DNA of 30,333 nucleotides from positions 1-30,333 of the forward strand of contig DUSB01000034.1 of assembly GCA_012840625.1 (NCBI GenBank), written 5' to 3'. The stretch comes from Syntrophomonadaceae bacterium (GTDB lineage: Bacteria; Bacillota; Syntrophomonadia; Syntrophomonadales; Syntrophomonadaceae). A model generated the notes under the pieces. That model was not told where the DNA came from and did no database searches. It worked only from the letters and a program-made list of their open reading frames with translations. This document shows positions 16,732 to 26,422 of this stretch, in pieces. A program made the translations under genes and the position numbers. Each line of letters opens with the position of its first letter. Position 1 is the first letter of the stretch.

Positions 16732-18939
16732 TTATTTCGTCAGCAGCTGGGCATAGCATTCTTCCACCTGCCGGGCCATAGTCTCGACGGTAAAGTGCTG
16801 CACACGGCGGCGGCCTTCCTGAGCCAGCTCCTGCATCAGCTCCGGATGGCAAGCCATTTTATACATAGCCTCATACAGAGCCTCTGCATCAGCAGGGGGA
16901 ATCAGGAGGCCGTTTTTACCATCTTCAATCAATTCCGGAATACCCCCCACGCGGCTGGCAATGATCGGTACTCCGAAGTACATTCCCTCCAGAATCACCA
17001 GGCCCAGACCTTCCATCAGAGAGGGCACACAAAGAACATCACTGAGACGATAAATATCTTCTACCTCACTGTAATATCCCGGCATATACACCAGCGATTC
17101 CAGCCCCAGCTCCTTTACCTGCGCTTCGATTTCAGGGCGGCTGATCCCTTCACCGATGAGCAGGAATTGAGCTGGGATGCCTGCGTCCACTAGGCGGCGG
17201 GCTGCCGTCAGGAAATAGCGATGACCTTTAACCGGATGCAGGCGAGCCACCATAGTATAGGTCAGGCGTTCAGGTGAGAGCCCCAGCTGCTCCTTCAGCT
17301 GATCCGGGTCGCGCCGGGATTTGAATTTCGTGGTGTCCAGGCCGCTGTGTATGACCTGAATCCGCTCAGGATCAATACGCATCTGGCGCAAATCCTCACC
17401 AATAGCATGAGAAATCGCTATAAATTTATCGGTATAATGATTGCCCTGCATAGTCAGCAGGCGGGCCAGAGTGGCTTTCCAGGCGCGATCATAATCATAG
17501 CGTAGCACGCTGTGAAACGTGGTTACCACCGGGAGACCCTCACGTTTGGCCGCAGGACGGCCGATAAGATTAGCCCGTACCCCATGGGTATGCACCAGAT
17601 CTATCTGCTGTTCCCGGATATAACGACGGATATCTTTAATTTTTTTGATATCCGCTTTATGCCGCATAGGAATGGTTGTAGCAGGGAAACCCTCGGCACT
17701 AACCAGATCAGCAAAAGGCCCTTCACATAAACAAATCAGGTGAACATCATACTGTTCCGGATCGGTGAGCTTTATCAGCGTATAAACCAGCTCCTCCGCA
17801 CCGCCGATTTCGCCGCCACCAATCAAATGCAGGATTTTTTTGCGTTGTGGTACGAGAAGCTCATCATCCGGCTTAATAAGAGAAAGTGCCATAACGGCAT
17901 TTTTCTCTGCCCGGCCACGCAGTTCTTCAGCACGCTGCCGGATATACCTTTTCTGGTTTTCATTAACCAGTAGCGATTTGACCTGTTCATACATCTCGAG
18001 ATAGGCACCATTCAAAGGCTGTAAAGCAAACGATTCTAAAAAGGCATCGATCTTGGGATCATAAGAAATACCAGCAAAAGGCACCCCCTGACTGGCAGCA
18101 AAAATCAGGGAATGCAGGCGCATACCAATCATCATCTCCATATGCGACATCAGAGCAATGATTTCCAGACCGGATAAATTTTCATCCAGAATAGTAGAAG
18201 GCTCATTCATCATAGTGGCAACCAGATATGATTCAGGCAGATCAAAGCCATAATCCATGGGGATGAAAATCACCTGATAGCCATCGCGGACCAGGCAGTC
18301 CAACAGGCGGGCAATATCGGGGCGCAGATCAGCCAGCGCCAGCCAGGGACGCACGGAAACACCGATCAGTCTGCCCGGTTCCAGCTGGTAACGCTGGAGC
18401 AGAGCCTGTGCGTATTCAAGCTGTTCTGGAGCCGGCTCCAGTGTAAAAACCGGATCCGCGGTTACATAAATAGGCGGACGGGTTACCCCCAGCTCGGCCA
18501 GCAATTTGCGCGACTGCTCATCCCGCAGCGTAATCATCTCTACTTTATTTCCCCACCAGCGCATGAGGAAACGACTGAAACGTCTTTTAATAGGTCCCAC
18601 ACCCTGGGCATAAAAAATAACCGGTTTACCCAGCATTTTGGCCAGAGCCACCACGCTCATATAATAAGGCAGTGAACGGGGCCCGGTTACATCCTGGAAA
18701 AGACTCCCGCCGCCACTGATGAGAAGATCCGCTTGCTTCATTATCTTGATAACCTGCCAGGGCTTCATACGATCAACCGCCGGCAGCTGGTGCAGCTGTT
18801 CCGTTTTTTGCGGACACCCTGACAAAACCACGAATTCAGCCTGCGGTTCTATGCGCTGTATACTGGAACAGATCGCAGACAACAGGGCTTCATCTCCTGC
18901 ATTATCAAAACCATAATATCCTGAAAGGACTATTAACAA
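16732..18939 (-). CDS. csaB: Polysaccharide pyruvyl transferase CsaB fused to a GT4 glycosyltransferase
   Basis: aa 1-~355: SGYYGFDNAGDEA, LISGGGSLFQD, AQGVGP, ITLRDEQS, ADPVF, GMRLHSLIFA, SYDPKI. aa ~365-735: ILHLIGGGEIGGAE, VHTHG, VARLHPVKG, PSLMEGLGLVILE (EX7E). No stop between the domains. Confidence 0.9.
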   Translation of the reverse strand: MLIVLSGYYGFDNAGDEALLSAICSSIQRIEPQAEFVVLSGCPQKTEQLHQLPAVDRMKPWQVIKIMKQADLLISGGGSLFQDVTGPRSLPYYMSVVALAKMLGKPVIFYAQGVGPIKRRFSRFLMRWWGNKVEMITLRDEQSRKLLAELGVTRPPIYVTADPVFTLEPAPEQLEYAQALLQRYQLEPGRLIGVSVRPWLALADLRPDIARLLDCLVRDGYQVIFIPMDYGFDLPESYLVATMMNEPSTILDENLSGLEIIALMSHMEMMIGMRLHSLIFAASQGVPFAGISYDPKIDAFLESFALQPLNGAYLEMYEQVKSLLVNENQKRYIRQRAEELRGRAEKNAVMALSLIKPDDELLVPQRKKILHLIGGGEIGGAEELVYTLIKLTDPEQYDVHLICLCEGPFADLVSAEGFPATTIPMRHKADIKKIKDIRRYIREQQIDLVHTHGVRANLIGRPAAKREGLPVVTTFHSVLRYDYDRAWKATLARLLTMQGNHYTDKFIAISHAIGEDLRQMRIDPERIQVIHSGLDTTKFKSRRDPDQLKEQLGLSPERLTYTMVARLHPVKGHRYFLTAARRLVDAGIPAQFLLIGEGISRPEIEAQVKELGLESLVYMPGYYSEVEDIYRLSDVLCVPSLMEGLGLVILEGMYFGVPIIASRVGGIPELIEDGKNGLLIPPADAEALYEAMYKMACHPELMQELAQEGRRRVQHFTVETMARQVEECYAQLLTK

Positions 18940-19145
18940 AGCAATTCGCTCCCTACCTTAATAATGGCGGTCCGATCGAAAAAACATCCCATTTTGCATA
19001 CAAATTTATCATATCAGAAGCACAGGGTGCATTCTACTCAAAAGCTTTAAATCTGGCTCTTACCCCAAAAATCACTCGTGGACAAGGTTAAGCGTCGGTG
19101 ATAAAATAAGTCTAGATGTGGAGAATTACGGGGAGTTGAACATAA

Positions 19146-20213
19146 ATGTCCACAAATATGATTATATTCGCCATCATGCTGGCGGTGCTGATAGCGTATT
19201 TTATAGTGCCCTTTGCGATTCGCCTTGCCCCTATTATCGGTGCGATGGATGAACCTGATTCCAGAAAAGTTCATCAGGTAGACATGCCACGGGTGGGCGG
19301 AATCGCTATTTTTTTGGCTTTTATTGTCAGCATGCTGATTTTTGTCCCCCGTACTGCGTCCATAAATGGCGTACTTTTAGGGGCAGCACTCATTTTTATA
19401 GTAGGTTTGCTCGATGACATTTTAGACTTGAATGCCTGGATCAAATTAGCGGCTCAGATTGCAGCTGCTTCGGTAGCCGTCTATTATGGAGTAGTGGTTA
19501 GTTTTGTTACCAATCCATTTGACGGGCTGCTAAACCTAGGCTATTTCAGTATACCGCTTACCCTGCTGTGGATTGTCGGTATTACCAATGCTATTAATCT
19601 GATTGATGGTCTGGATGGACTGGCAGCAGGGGTTTCTGCTATTGCCGGTGTCACTATGGGTATTATCAGCCTTTTGCACGGGCAGACCATTGTGGCAGTA
19701 ATGGCCTTTATCCTGGTGGCAGCTATATTGGGATTTATACCCTATAACTTCCACCCGGCGCGCACCTTTATGGGCGACTGTGGCTCCAACGTATTGGGCT
19801 TTATTCTGGGCTGTTTGGCCATTCTGGGCCTAACCAAAAGCGCAGCCGTTATTTCCTTATTCCTTCCCATTGTTATTCTGGGCATCCCGATTTTTGATAC
19901 CTTTTTCGCCATTATCCGGCGTATGTATAATAAAGCGCCCATCTTCCACCCGGATAAGGATCATCTGCATCATCGTTTACTGGGGATGGGATTCAGTCAT
20001 TCGGGTAGTGTACTGATTATTTATGGCATCAGCGGGGTTTTTTCAGTGATTGCAGTCGTACTCAGCTACATCAGCAGTCCCAAGGCCATGCTTATATTAA
20101 GCCTGCTCCTGCTGCTGGTGGTCTTTGGTGCAGGACGAATCGGCCTGATGACCGGCGGCGCCCCCCGCATCCAGATCAAAAGCAATCAGCACGCTGAAGA
20201 ACTCAAAATGTAA
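19146..20213 (+). CDS. tagO: Undecaprenyl-phosphate GlcNAc-1-phosphate transferase (TagO/WecA, MraY superfamily)
   Basis: RKVH...PRVGG, GLLDD, NAINLIDGLDGL, YNFHPARTFMGDCG, DKDHLHHRL. Confidence 0.92.
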   Translation: MSTNMIIFAIMLAVLIAYFIVPFAIRLAPIIGAMDEPDSRKVHQVDMPRVGGIAIFLAFIVSMLIFVPRTASINGVLLGAALIFIVGLLDDILDLNAWIKLAAQIAAASVAVYYGVVVSFVTNPFDGLLNLGYFSIPLTLLWIVGITNAINLIDGLDGLAAGVSAIAGVTMGIISLLHGQTIVAVMAFILVAAILGFIPYNFHPARTFMGDCGSNVLGFILGCLAILGLTKSAAVISLFLPIVILGIPIFDTFFAIIRRMYNKAPIFHPDKDHLHHRLLGMGFSHSGSVLIIYGISGVFSVIAVVLSYISSPKAMLILSLLLLLVVFGAGRIGLMTGGAPRIQIKSNQHAEELKM

Positions 20214-20257
20214 GCATATTATAAACCTTTAAACCGTATTTCCCCGCGCCTTCGCTG

Positions 20258-21217
20258 TCATTTCAGCATTTCCTGCAGCAGCGCTACCATCTCGGCGCGG
20301 CTGGTAGCGTGGGTTATTTTTTCCCGCAGGCGGGCAGCACCGCGCAGACCTTTAATATACCAGGATAGGTGTTTGCGCATTTCCCGCACTGCCACCTCCT
20401 CACCCTTGAACCCGATACAGAGATCCAGATGATAAATCGCAGTGTGAATACGTTCCTCTATGTCCGGCGGATCAAGGATTTTCCCGTGCTCAATCAGGGC
20501 TACCGCTTCGCGAAAGATAAAGGGATTGCCCATAGCTGCCCGGCCGATCATCACCGCATCACAGGCTGTCTCTTCCAGCATGCGCAGTGCATCTGATGCA
20601 GACCAGATATCTCCATTGCCGATGACGGGTACCGCAGCCCGCTTTTTCAGCTCCCGGATACAGGTCCAGTCAGATTCCCCGGCGAAAAACTGCGAACGGC
20701 TGCGGGGATGCAGGGTTAGAGCCTGTACCCCCTCCTCCTGAGCAATCTCGGCCAGTTCCAGGTAGCTATCTTCATCCTCCTCCCAGCCGCGGCGCATCTT
20801 TACTGTCACCGGGACCTCTACCGCCCCAACTACGGCACGAATCACCTGCCGGGCCCGCGGCAGATCCTTCATCAGAGCCGCACCTTCCCCGTTTTTGACA
20901 ATCTTGGGGGTGGGGCAGCCCATGTTAATATCAATAATGGGTGCCCCCATCTCTGCGAGAATACAGGCTCCCCGGGCCATATATTCGGGATGGGAACCAA
21001 AAATCTGCAGTGCTGTTAATCCGTCTTCATCCTGTATATCCGCTAAATAAGCTGTTTTCTTCTGCTGGTAGATCAGTCCCTGATCACTGATCATTTCAGA
21101 AAAAACAAGACCCGCCCCAAATGAGCGGGCGACTGCCCGGTAAGCCTTATCAGTCACTCCAGCCAGTGGAGCGGCTATAACCCTATTTTTCACCCGATAT
21201 TCGCCAATGGTAAGCAT
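20258..21217 (-). CDS. dusB: tRNA-dihydrouridine synthase DusB
   Basis: APLAGVTD, SEMIS, QIFGS, IDINMGCP, TVKMRRGW, LHPR, IGNGDI, VMIGRAAMGNP, MRKH. Confidence 0.95.
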   Translation of the reverse strand: MLTIGEYRVKNRVIAAPLAGVTDKAYRAVARSFGAGLVFSEMISDQGLIYQQKKTAYLADIQDEDGLTALQIFGSHPEYMARGACILAEMGAPIIDINMGCPTPKIVKNGEGAALMKDLPRARQVIRAVVGAVEVPVTVKMRRGWEEDEDSYLELAEIAQEEGVQALTLHPRSRSQFFAGESDWTCIRELKKRAAVPVIGNGDIWSASDALRMLEETACDAVMIGRAAMGNPFIFREAVALIEHGKILDPPDIEERIHTAIYHLDLCIGFKGEEVAVREMRKHLSWYIKGLRGAARLREKITHATSRAEMVALLQEMLK

Positions 21218-21219
21218 CT

Positions 21220-21987
21220 CTACCCCCGATTAATTTCATGAATAATACGCAAGCCCTTCAGTGTAAGCAGATCATCGATGATGTCAATACAATCCGTTTC
21301 TGCAGCGATAACACTGGCCAGCCCGCCCGTGGCGATCACCTGTGGAGTTCCCTCAATTTCCTCCTTCATGCGATTGACAATGCCTTCCACCTGTCCGACA
21401 AAACCAAAGGTAATCCCGGCCTGCATACTGGCCACGGTGTTTTTACCAATAACATTTTTGGGACGCACAATCTCCACCCGCGGCAGCTTGGCCGCCCTGG
21501 AAACCAGTGCTTCAGTAGACACCCGAATACCCGGTGCAATCGCACCTCCCAGGTACTCTCCCTCTTTGCTGATGACGCAAAAGGTAGTCGCGGTGCCAAA
21601 ATCAATGATAATAAGAGGGCCTCCATACTGAGCATAGGCAGCTACCGCATTAACCACACGATCGGCCCCTACTTCACGCGGATTATCATACTTGATGGGC
21701 AGTCCGGTTTTGATCCCCGGCCCCACCACCAGAGGTTTGCTGTTAAAATAGCGCTCACTCATCCAGTGCAGTTCCACCATCAGGGTTGGTACCACTGATG
21801 AAATGACAATGTCGTTAACCTCTTTCATATCCAGACCATTATAATCAAACAATGAATTAACCAGCATACCATACTCGTCAGAAGTACGCAGAACATCAGT
21901 GCGTACCCGCCAGTGGTAGAGAAGTTCGTCCTTTTCAAAGACCCCGATAACCATATTGGTATTACCTACATCAAAAACCAGTATCAT
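21220..21987 (-). CDS. coaX: Type III pantothenate kinase
   Basis: [38 protein letters not shown]. Confidence 0.96.
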   Translation of the reverse strand: MILVFDVGNTNMVIGVFEKDELLYHWRVRTDVLRTSDEYGMLVNSLFDYNGLDMKEVNDIVISSVVPTLMVELHWMSERYFNSKPLVVGPGIKTGLPIKYDNPREVGADRVVNAVAAYAQYGGPLIIIDFGTATTFCVISKEGEYLGGAIAPGIRVSTEALVSRAAKLPRVEIVRPKNVIGKNTVASMQAGITFGFVGQVEGIVNRMKEEIEGTPQVIATGGLASVIAAETDCIDIIDDLLTLKGLRIIHEINRG

Positions 21988-22193
21988 ACTTTCGCCTCCG
22001 GTATGGTCTTAAAAATGATGGCATCGTCTCTTTATTAATTATAAACAGGACACGATATCACCACTATGATTATACCCCAATACCCGGTGCTTGTATTTTG
22101 AGCCGCCAATTTTTTTTACAGGACAGCGGCTGAACCAGCAGATAATACTGTCCGGGGCTCCCAATAGTATTCACATTCATCAGAGGGAAAATC

Positions 22194-22775
22194 TCATGCA
22201 CTTAAGCTTTCCCTGTTAAGCCCTAATCTCCTGCAAATCTCTACCGACAGCCAGGCAGCTATAGCAATTTTCAGCAGGTCGAAAGCGATAAAAGGCAAAA
22301 AGCCTATTTTTAGAACCTGGTAGATATCTATAGCCTGTCCAAGATAATAGTTTAAAATGACATACATATAGGGAAGACCTACCAGATAAAGCACGATAAT
22401 TCCAGCACACCCGGCCAGAAAAAAATTACCCCAAGTCTGGCGGCGAATCAAGCTGGACTGAATCCAGGCCGCCAGGGGGAAGCCTAGAATAAAACCAAAA
22501 CTAGGCAAGAGAACATAGGCCGGACCGCCAAAAGGCGGTTTGGAAAACACCGGCACCCCCAGCAGACCCAGAAACAAATAAGCCAGCATACTTAGCGAAG
22601 CCGCACGGGGACTTAATATCGAGGCAGCTATAAGCATTACCAGAGGCTGCAGGCTGAAAGGAATAATCAGTGCTGGCTGTAAAGCCCGTACCACAATAGT
22701 CAATACACACATTAAAGCGGTAAATAGTGCCGCGTACACCAATTCTCGAGCCGACATTTGCATCTTATACCACAC
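22194..22775 (-). CDS. bioY: Biotin ECF transporter S component BioY
   Basis: AALFTAL, IPFSLQPL, YLFLGLLGVPVF, PSFGFILGF, PFIAFDLLK; the start may be ATG 22763. Confidence 0.92.
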   Translation of the reverse strand: MWYKMQMSARELVYAALFTALMCVLTIVVRALQPALIIPFSLQPLVMLIAASILSPRAASLSMLAYLFLGLLGVPVFSKPPFGGPAYVLLPSFGFILGFPLAAWIQSSLIRRQTWGNFFLAGCAGIIVLYLVGLPYMYVILNYYLGQAIDIYQVLKIGFLPFIAFDLLKIAIAAWLSVEICRRLGLNRESLSA

Positions 22776-22781
22776 ACCTTT

Positions 22782-22822
22782 CTATTGGTTAACCCATATT
22801 GTATATTCAGGTTAACCAATAG
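22782..22822. promoter_or_regulatory. BirA-type biotin operator overlapping the bioY promoter
   Basis: CTATTGGTTAACC-15 nt-GGTTAACCAATAG perfect 13-bp arms; overlaps TTGCCT-17-TACAAT on the minus strand (22826-22798). Confidence 0.8.
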
Positions 22823-23037
22823 GCAAGTATGTATGCAGTATACCTGAGATCAGTAAACAGGTGAGCACCCAGGGATGGTTTTCAAAGTGGGAACCTGCGT
22901 TTTTGAAAAGCATAGCCAGTCATTTTTAAACCAAAACAATTGCCATTAAATATCGATTTCTCAAAATTCACTTAATTAAGATTTTCTTATCACAATATCC
23001 TCCTTTATATGAAGATATATGAAAATGCATATACGAC

Positions 23038-23122
23038 ACGAGGGACAGCTTTTTTATGTACTGCAGAGATGAGGTGAGATTAGCCAGCTAGTCTCAAAGT
23101 ACACAAAAGGACTGTCCCTCGT
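23038..23122. repeat. Nested inverted-repeat (REPIN-like) element
   Basis: ACGAGGGACAG / CTGTCCCTCGT outer arms, continued imperfectly by TTTTTATGTACT / AGTACACAAAAG, with inner TGAGATTAGC-ca-GCTAGTCTCA. Confidence 0.7.
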
Positions 23123-23160
23123 ATGGGTCTGTATATTAAGGGAATGATAATTCCCCTTTT

Positions 23161-24150
23161 TTACTCTGCGTCGGCGACTGGATCGGAGTTGTTATTTAGA
23201 TCAGACCAGAATAAGAAGCCATTCTTACCCTGGCGTTTTACGCTATACATGGCCAGGTCAGCTTTTCTAATCAAAGTGCGGGCATTGTTACCGTCTTCAG
23301 GATAAAGGCTTATTCCCATACTGGCAGTTATATGTATATCTTTTCCCAGCACAGAGTAAGCTTGAGTGAAATCATTTTTTATCTTGGTCGCAATGCTTAC
23401 AACATCGCCCGGGCTGTTTATGTCGGGAAAGAGCAGCAAAAACTCATCTCCGCCCAATCGGGCCAGGGTATCGCTGCTTCGAAGCAGGCCTTTGAGCCGT
23501 TTAGCTACGCTTTTCAGCATCAAATCACCTGCCTCATGGCCGAACTTATCATTAATTTCCTTAAACCCATCCAGATCCAGGAACATAACTGCACACATCT
23601 TTCCATTTCTTTTGGCCAGCGGGAGAATACTATTCACCCGTTCATTAAACAGGTTGCGATTGGGCAAACCGGTAAGTGGATCGTGCAGGGCTTGATATAA
23701 ATATATCACCTCAGAAATCTTGGCTTGTTCGTATTCTAATTCCATTTCCTTTATTATGTTTTTTAATCCTTTTACCTGGGTATAATGCTCGGTCATATCC
23801 ATAATTTGAATGAGCAGATAGGTTTTATCCTCATAATAAAGGGGTTCAACCAGCAAATTCTGCCGCACATTCGGTAAAGCTTCTTTTGCCGGGGGAATAA
23901 AGGTTTTATGCAGAGCGCCGGAACAGAAGCGGCGCTGTCCATTAACCAGGGCATTGTTTAAGATATCCTGATAGATTTTACTGGCAAAGCGAGGATAAAC
24001 CGCAGGTAAATGTCTCCCCAACATGGTTTCCGTGCTATGTCCGGTCCACCGCACCAACCAGTTGTTCCATAAAACAATATTAAGATCCTGGTCTAAAATA
24101 ATAATACCCAGGTTTACTCTATCGATAGCCAGAATAAGCAGTTCTTGCAT
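23161..24150 (-). CDS. PAS-GGDEF diguanylate cyclase
   Basis: N-terminal PAS-like region (IVLWNNWL...G); HDPLTGLPNR, FLDLDGFKEINDKFGHEAGD, I-site RSSD five residues before an intact GGDEF. Confidence 0.92.
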   Translation of the reverse strand: MQELLILAIDRVNLGIIILDQDLNIVLWNNWLVRWTGHSTETMLGRHLPAVYPRFASKIYQDILNNALVNGQRRFCSGALHKTFIPPAKEALPNVRQNLLVEPLYYEDKTYLLIQIMDMTEHYTQVKGLKNIIKEMELEYEQAKISEVIYLYQALHDPLTGLPNRNLFNERVNSILPLAKRNGKMCAVMFLDLDGFKEINDKFGHEAGDLMLKSVAKRLKGLLRSSDTLARLGGDEFLLLFPDINSPGDVVSIATKIKNDFTQAYSVLGKDIHITASMGISLYPEDGNNARTLIRKADLAMYSVKRQGKNGFLFWSDLNNNSDPVADAE

Positions 24151-24152
24151 AG

Positions 24153-24782
24153 TTAAGCCTCCAGTAAAGCATCGATCTTTTCCAGCAACCAGCTAACAGA
24201 ATTCATACTCAGGGCTATCAATATAAAACCGTTAACCGGGGTTTCTGATAGCAGGAAAGTAGTATGCAATAGCAGTAAATACGTATTTTCTTTCAACAAA
24301 ATGGTACCTTCTGATTCGGAAACATAAATCAGCTCAATGTCGGGTAGCGAATAATGTACTCTGGTATCCATAAAATTGCTTAATTCACCTATAATTGCAT
24401 TGAGAATGACATTGCTAATTTCCTTTAATACATCAAAATCGGTATCAATAAATGCCACCAATTCTTCACTTTCCTGGATAACCGGCTCTTCACCCAGGCA
24501 TACATTAACCAGCAATTTTGCCTGATCAGCAGGGAAGATCAAAAAAGCCTTACCCTTTAGTGTTTGTCCAAACCTGATGGAAGAAGATATGATATGCCCG
24601 GAAGAAAAAATGGGGGGGAGCTGTTTGCTGGGCTGCCCGTCCTGAGTGAAGGCAATCAGCTCAACTTCAGGAACGGACAGAATAACTCGCTGATTAACCA
24701 TTTCCGATAACATACTGGCGGCTTTGCCAATGTATACATTGATTATCTCAGTAAGTGCATCTTTTTGCATAGGATTAAGCAT
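24153..24782 (-). CDS. CheC-like phosphatase
   Basis: Two D-x3-E-x2-N...P motifs (DALTEIIN...SVP; DVLKEISN...SLP). The start overlaps the response-regulator stop. Confidence 0.85.
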   Translation of the reverse strand: MLNPMQKDALTEIINVYIGKAASMLSEMVNQRVILSVPEVELIAFTQDGQPSKQLPPIFSSGHIISSSIRFGQTLKGKAFLIFPADQAKLLVNVCLGEEPVIQESEELVAFIDTDFDVLKEISNVILNAIIGELSNFMDTRVHYSLPDIELIYVSESEGTILLKENTYLLLLHTTFLLSETPVNGFILIALSMNSVSWLLEKIDALLEA

Positions 24783-25146
24783 GGGGTGTCTCCTTTATTA
24801 AAGTAAGTAATTCGCCTGTAACCTCATCGGTAAGCGGTTTATTTAAAAATGCTAAAGCCCCTGATGCCATGACTTCGGCGCGGGTAGACTTTTGAATATC
24901 GGCTGAAATTACTATAATATTGGCATGCGAATCATAATCCATAATCAGGCGTATTAATTCCTGCCCACTTACTTCGGGCATTAAAAGATCAGTAATTACA
25001 AAAGCAGGTTGTTCTTTTTTATAGAGCTCAAAAGCTTCCAGAGCCTGGCTGGCTACAATAACTTCGCTTTCGGGAAGGTATTGATTAAATAATCTTATTA
25101 GCATCTTTTGTGAAAAAAGAGAATCATCAACGACAAGTATTTTCAT
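24775..25146 (-). CDS. Single-domain (CheY-like) response regulator
   Basis: ILVVDD, phospho-acceptor TDLLMP, ISAD, FLNKP. Confidence 0.92.
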   Translation of the reverse strand: MKILVVDDSLFSQKMLIRLFNQYLPESEVIVASQALEAFELYKKEQPAFVITDLLMPEVSGQELIRLIMDYDSHANIIVISADIQKSTRAEVMASGALAFLNKPLTDEVTGELLTLIKETPHA

Positions 25147-25221
25147 GCAGCAACTTCCTTTACTAACCCCTGATCCAGCAATAGAGATCTAAACTTCCTG
25201 TATTGGGGCATATCCCAAAAC

Positions 25222-25249
25222 ATTCTATCACATGAAAGTATATTTACAA
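25222..25249 (-). promoter_or_regulatory. Candidate promoter of the RR-CheC-DGC operon
   Basis: Minus strand TTGTAA-16 nt-TAGAAT with TG extension. Confidence 0.4.
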
Positions 25250-25292
25250 GATATATAAGATAATTACTATAACAGTGAACAATATATCTGAC

Positions 25293-25337
25293 CGAGTTAC
25301 GGGGACAGTCCCCTCACCGGACCGTCCCCGTAACTCG
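25293..25337. repeat. REP-like palindrome
   Basis: CGAGTTACGGGGACAGTCC-cctcacc-GGACCGTCCCCGTAACTCG (19-bp arms, one mismatch). Confidence 0.8.
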
Positions 25338-25564
25338 CCTGCCGTATCTCGCGTGCGGGTTTTCCGGTATAACGTGTGTTTATATCTTTCTAATGCAATG
25401 GCTGCATATCAAACACTGGGGCTCTACGGGGTGCATGGTTTTATGCCGATTTACACCTATTCTTACCACATGAATAAATGATTAAAATCAGTTATAATTA
25501 ATATAGCTTCGCGTACCCACTGTGGGGCTTATCATGTCATATCTTTTTTCAGGAAGGTGTAAAA

Positions 25565-26155
25565 ATGGATGACCCAGACTGTACGGTGAGCTGTGCTCAG
25601 ATCGAGGACACACCAGCGCTGTTACGTTTGGAACAAAAATACTTCGACAGCTACTGGCACTCCGATCAGACACTCATCCAGCAGTTGATCAAACAGGAAC
25701 CAATGATGTTTAGAGTTTGCAAAGCAGATGACCGGGTCAAAGGATACTATTGGGTAGTACCGCTGCAGTATGAAGAATGGAAGCAGGTTCTCACCGGTGA
25801 GATGGATGAGGACGAAATGATGGATCACATCTGTTCTTTCACAGCTGAAGAAATTTATCTTTATATCTGTTCGGTTATTGTTGACCAGTCAGATGTACGG
25901 CGCAAGAGCTATACCCGTGCTCTGGTGCGCGATTTAGCCCGGCATTTTGTCCAGCCAAACAGCGAATACGCCCGGGATATTAACGCCATAGGTGCCTTCA
26001 CCATTTCAGAAGGCGGGCAGAGACTTATGGAACGCTCTCGTTTTACCTATAAAGGCAGTTTTCAAGCCTATCAGGGCAAGAAAGTAAGGGCCTACGCTAC
26101 CAGGCGTCAGAATCTGATACAGCAGGTTCGGGAAAAACGGAAAAAAGCGGTGTAA
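25565..26155 (+). CDS. GNAT-fold-like protein, paralogue A
   Basis: beta1-alpha1 pattern (A..EDTPALLRLE), YLYICSVIVD, TRALV, AFTISEGG...ERSRF; RBS AGGAAGGTG. Confidence 0.65.
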   Translation: MDDPDCTVSCAQIEDTPALLRLEQKYFDSYWHSDQTLIQQLIKQEPMMFRVCKADDRVKGYYWVVPLQYEEWKQVLTGEMDEDEMMDHICSFTAEEIYLYICSVIVDQSDVRRKSYTRALVRDLARHFVQPNSEYARDINAIGAFTISEGGQRLMERSRFTYKGSFQAYQGKKVRAYATRRQNLIQQVREKRKKAV

Positions 26156-26422
26156 ACCGCTGCCACCTGAAGCAGAACCATCTGCAGCAGGAAATGCCAG
26201 CCATCCGCAGCCATGATTAAGTTCACGGCATAAAATAAGCGCAAGGTCTTCTCCTGGCCGCGATTTTGCTCGCGGCCTGACCAGGCGCTCTTATAGATAT
26301 TTACCGCCGGGGATATAAAGCCCTGGGATGCTAGCGCGAAAGCCCAGTATCCTCGGGGATTATCAGGCGGGCTATAGATAATTTCGCCCCAACATCGCTT
26401 ATCAGAGCGATCATACTTGAAC

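Noticed and set aside
16714-17193. 159-aa plus-strand ORF
   Set aside because: Antisense to the GT4 domain of the csaB fusion.
21238-21798. 186-aa plus-strand ORF and similar overlapping ORFs (4238-4591, 23332-23700, 28061-28546, 28565-28912)
   Set aside because: Antisense shadows of well-supported genes.
22121-22153. GGACAG/CTGTCC hairpin between bioY and coaX as a terminator
   Set aside because: Followed by an A run, not a U run, on the transcribed (minus) strand; the stem is short.
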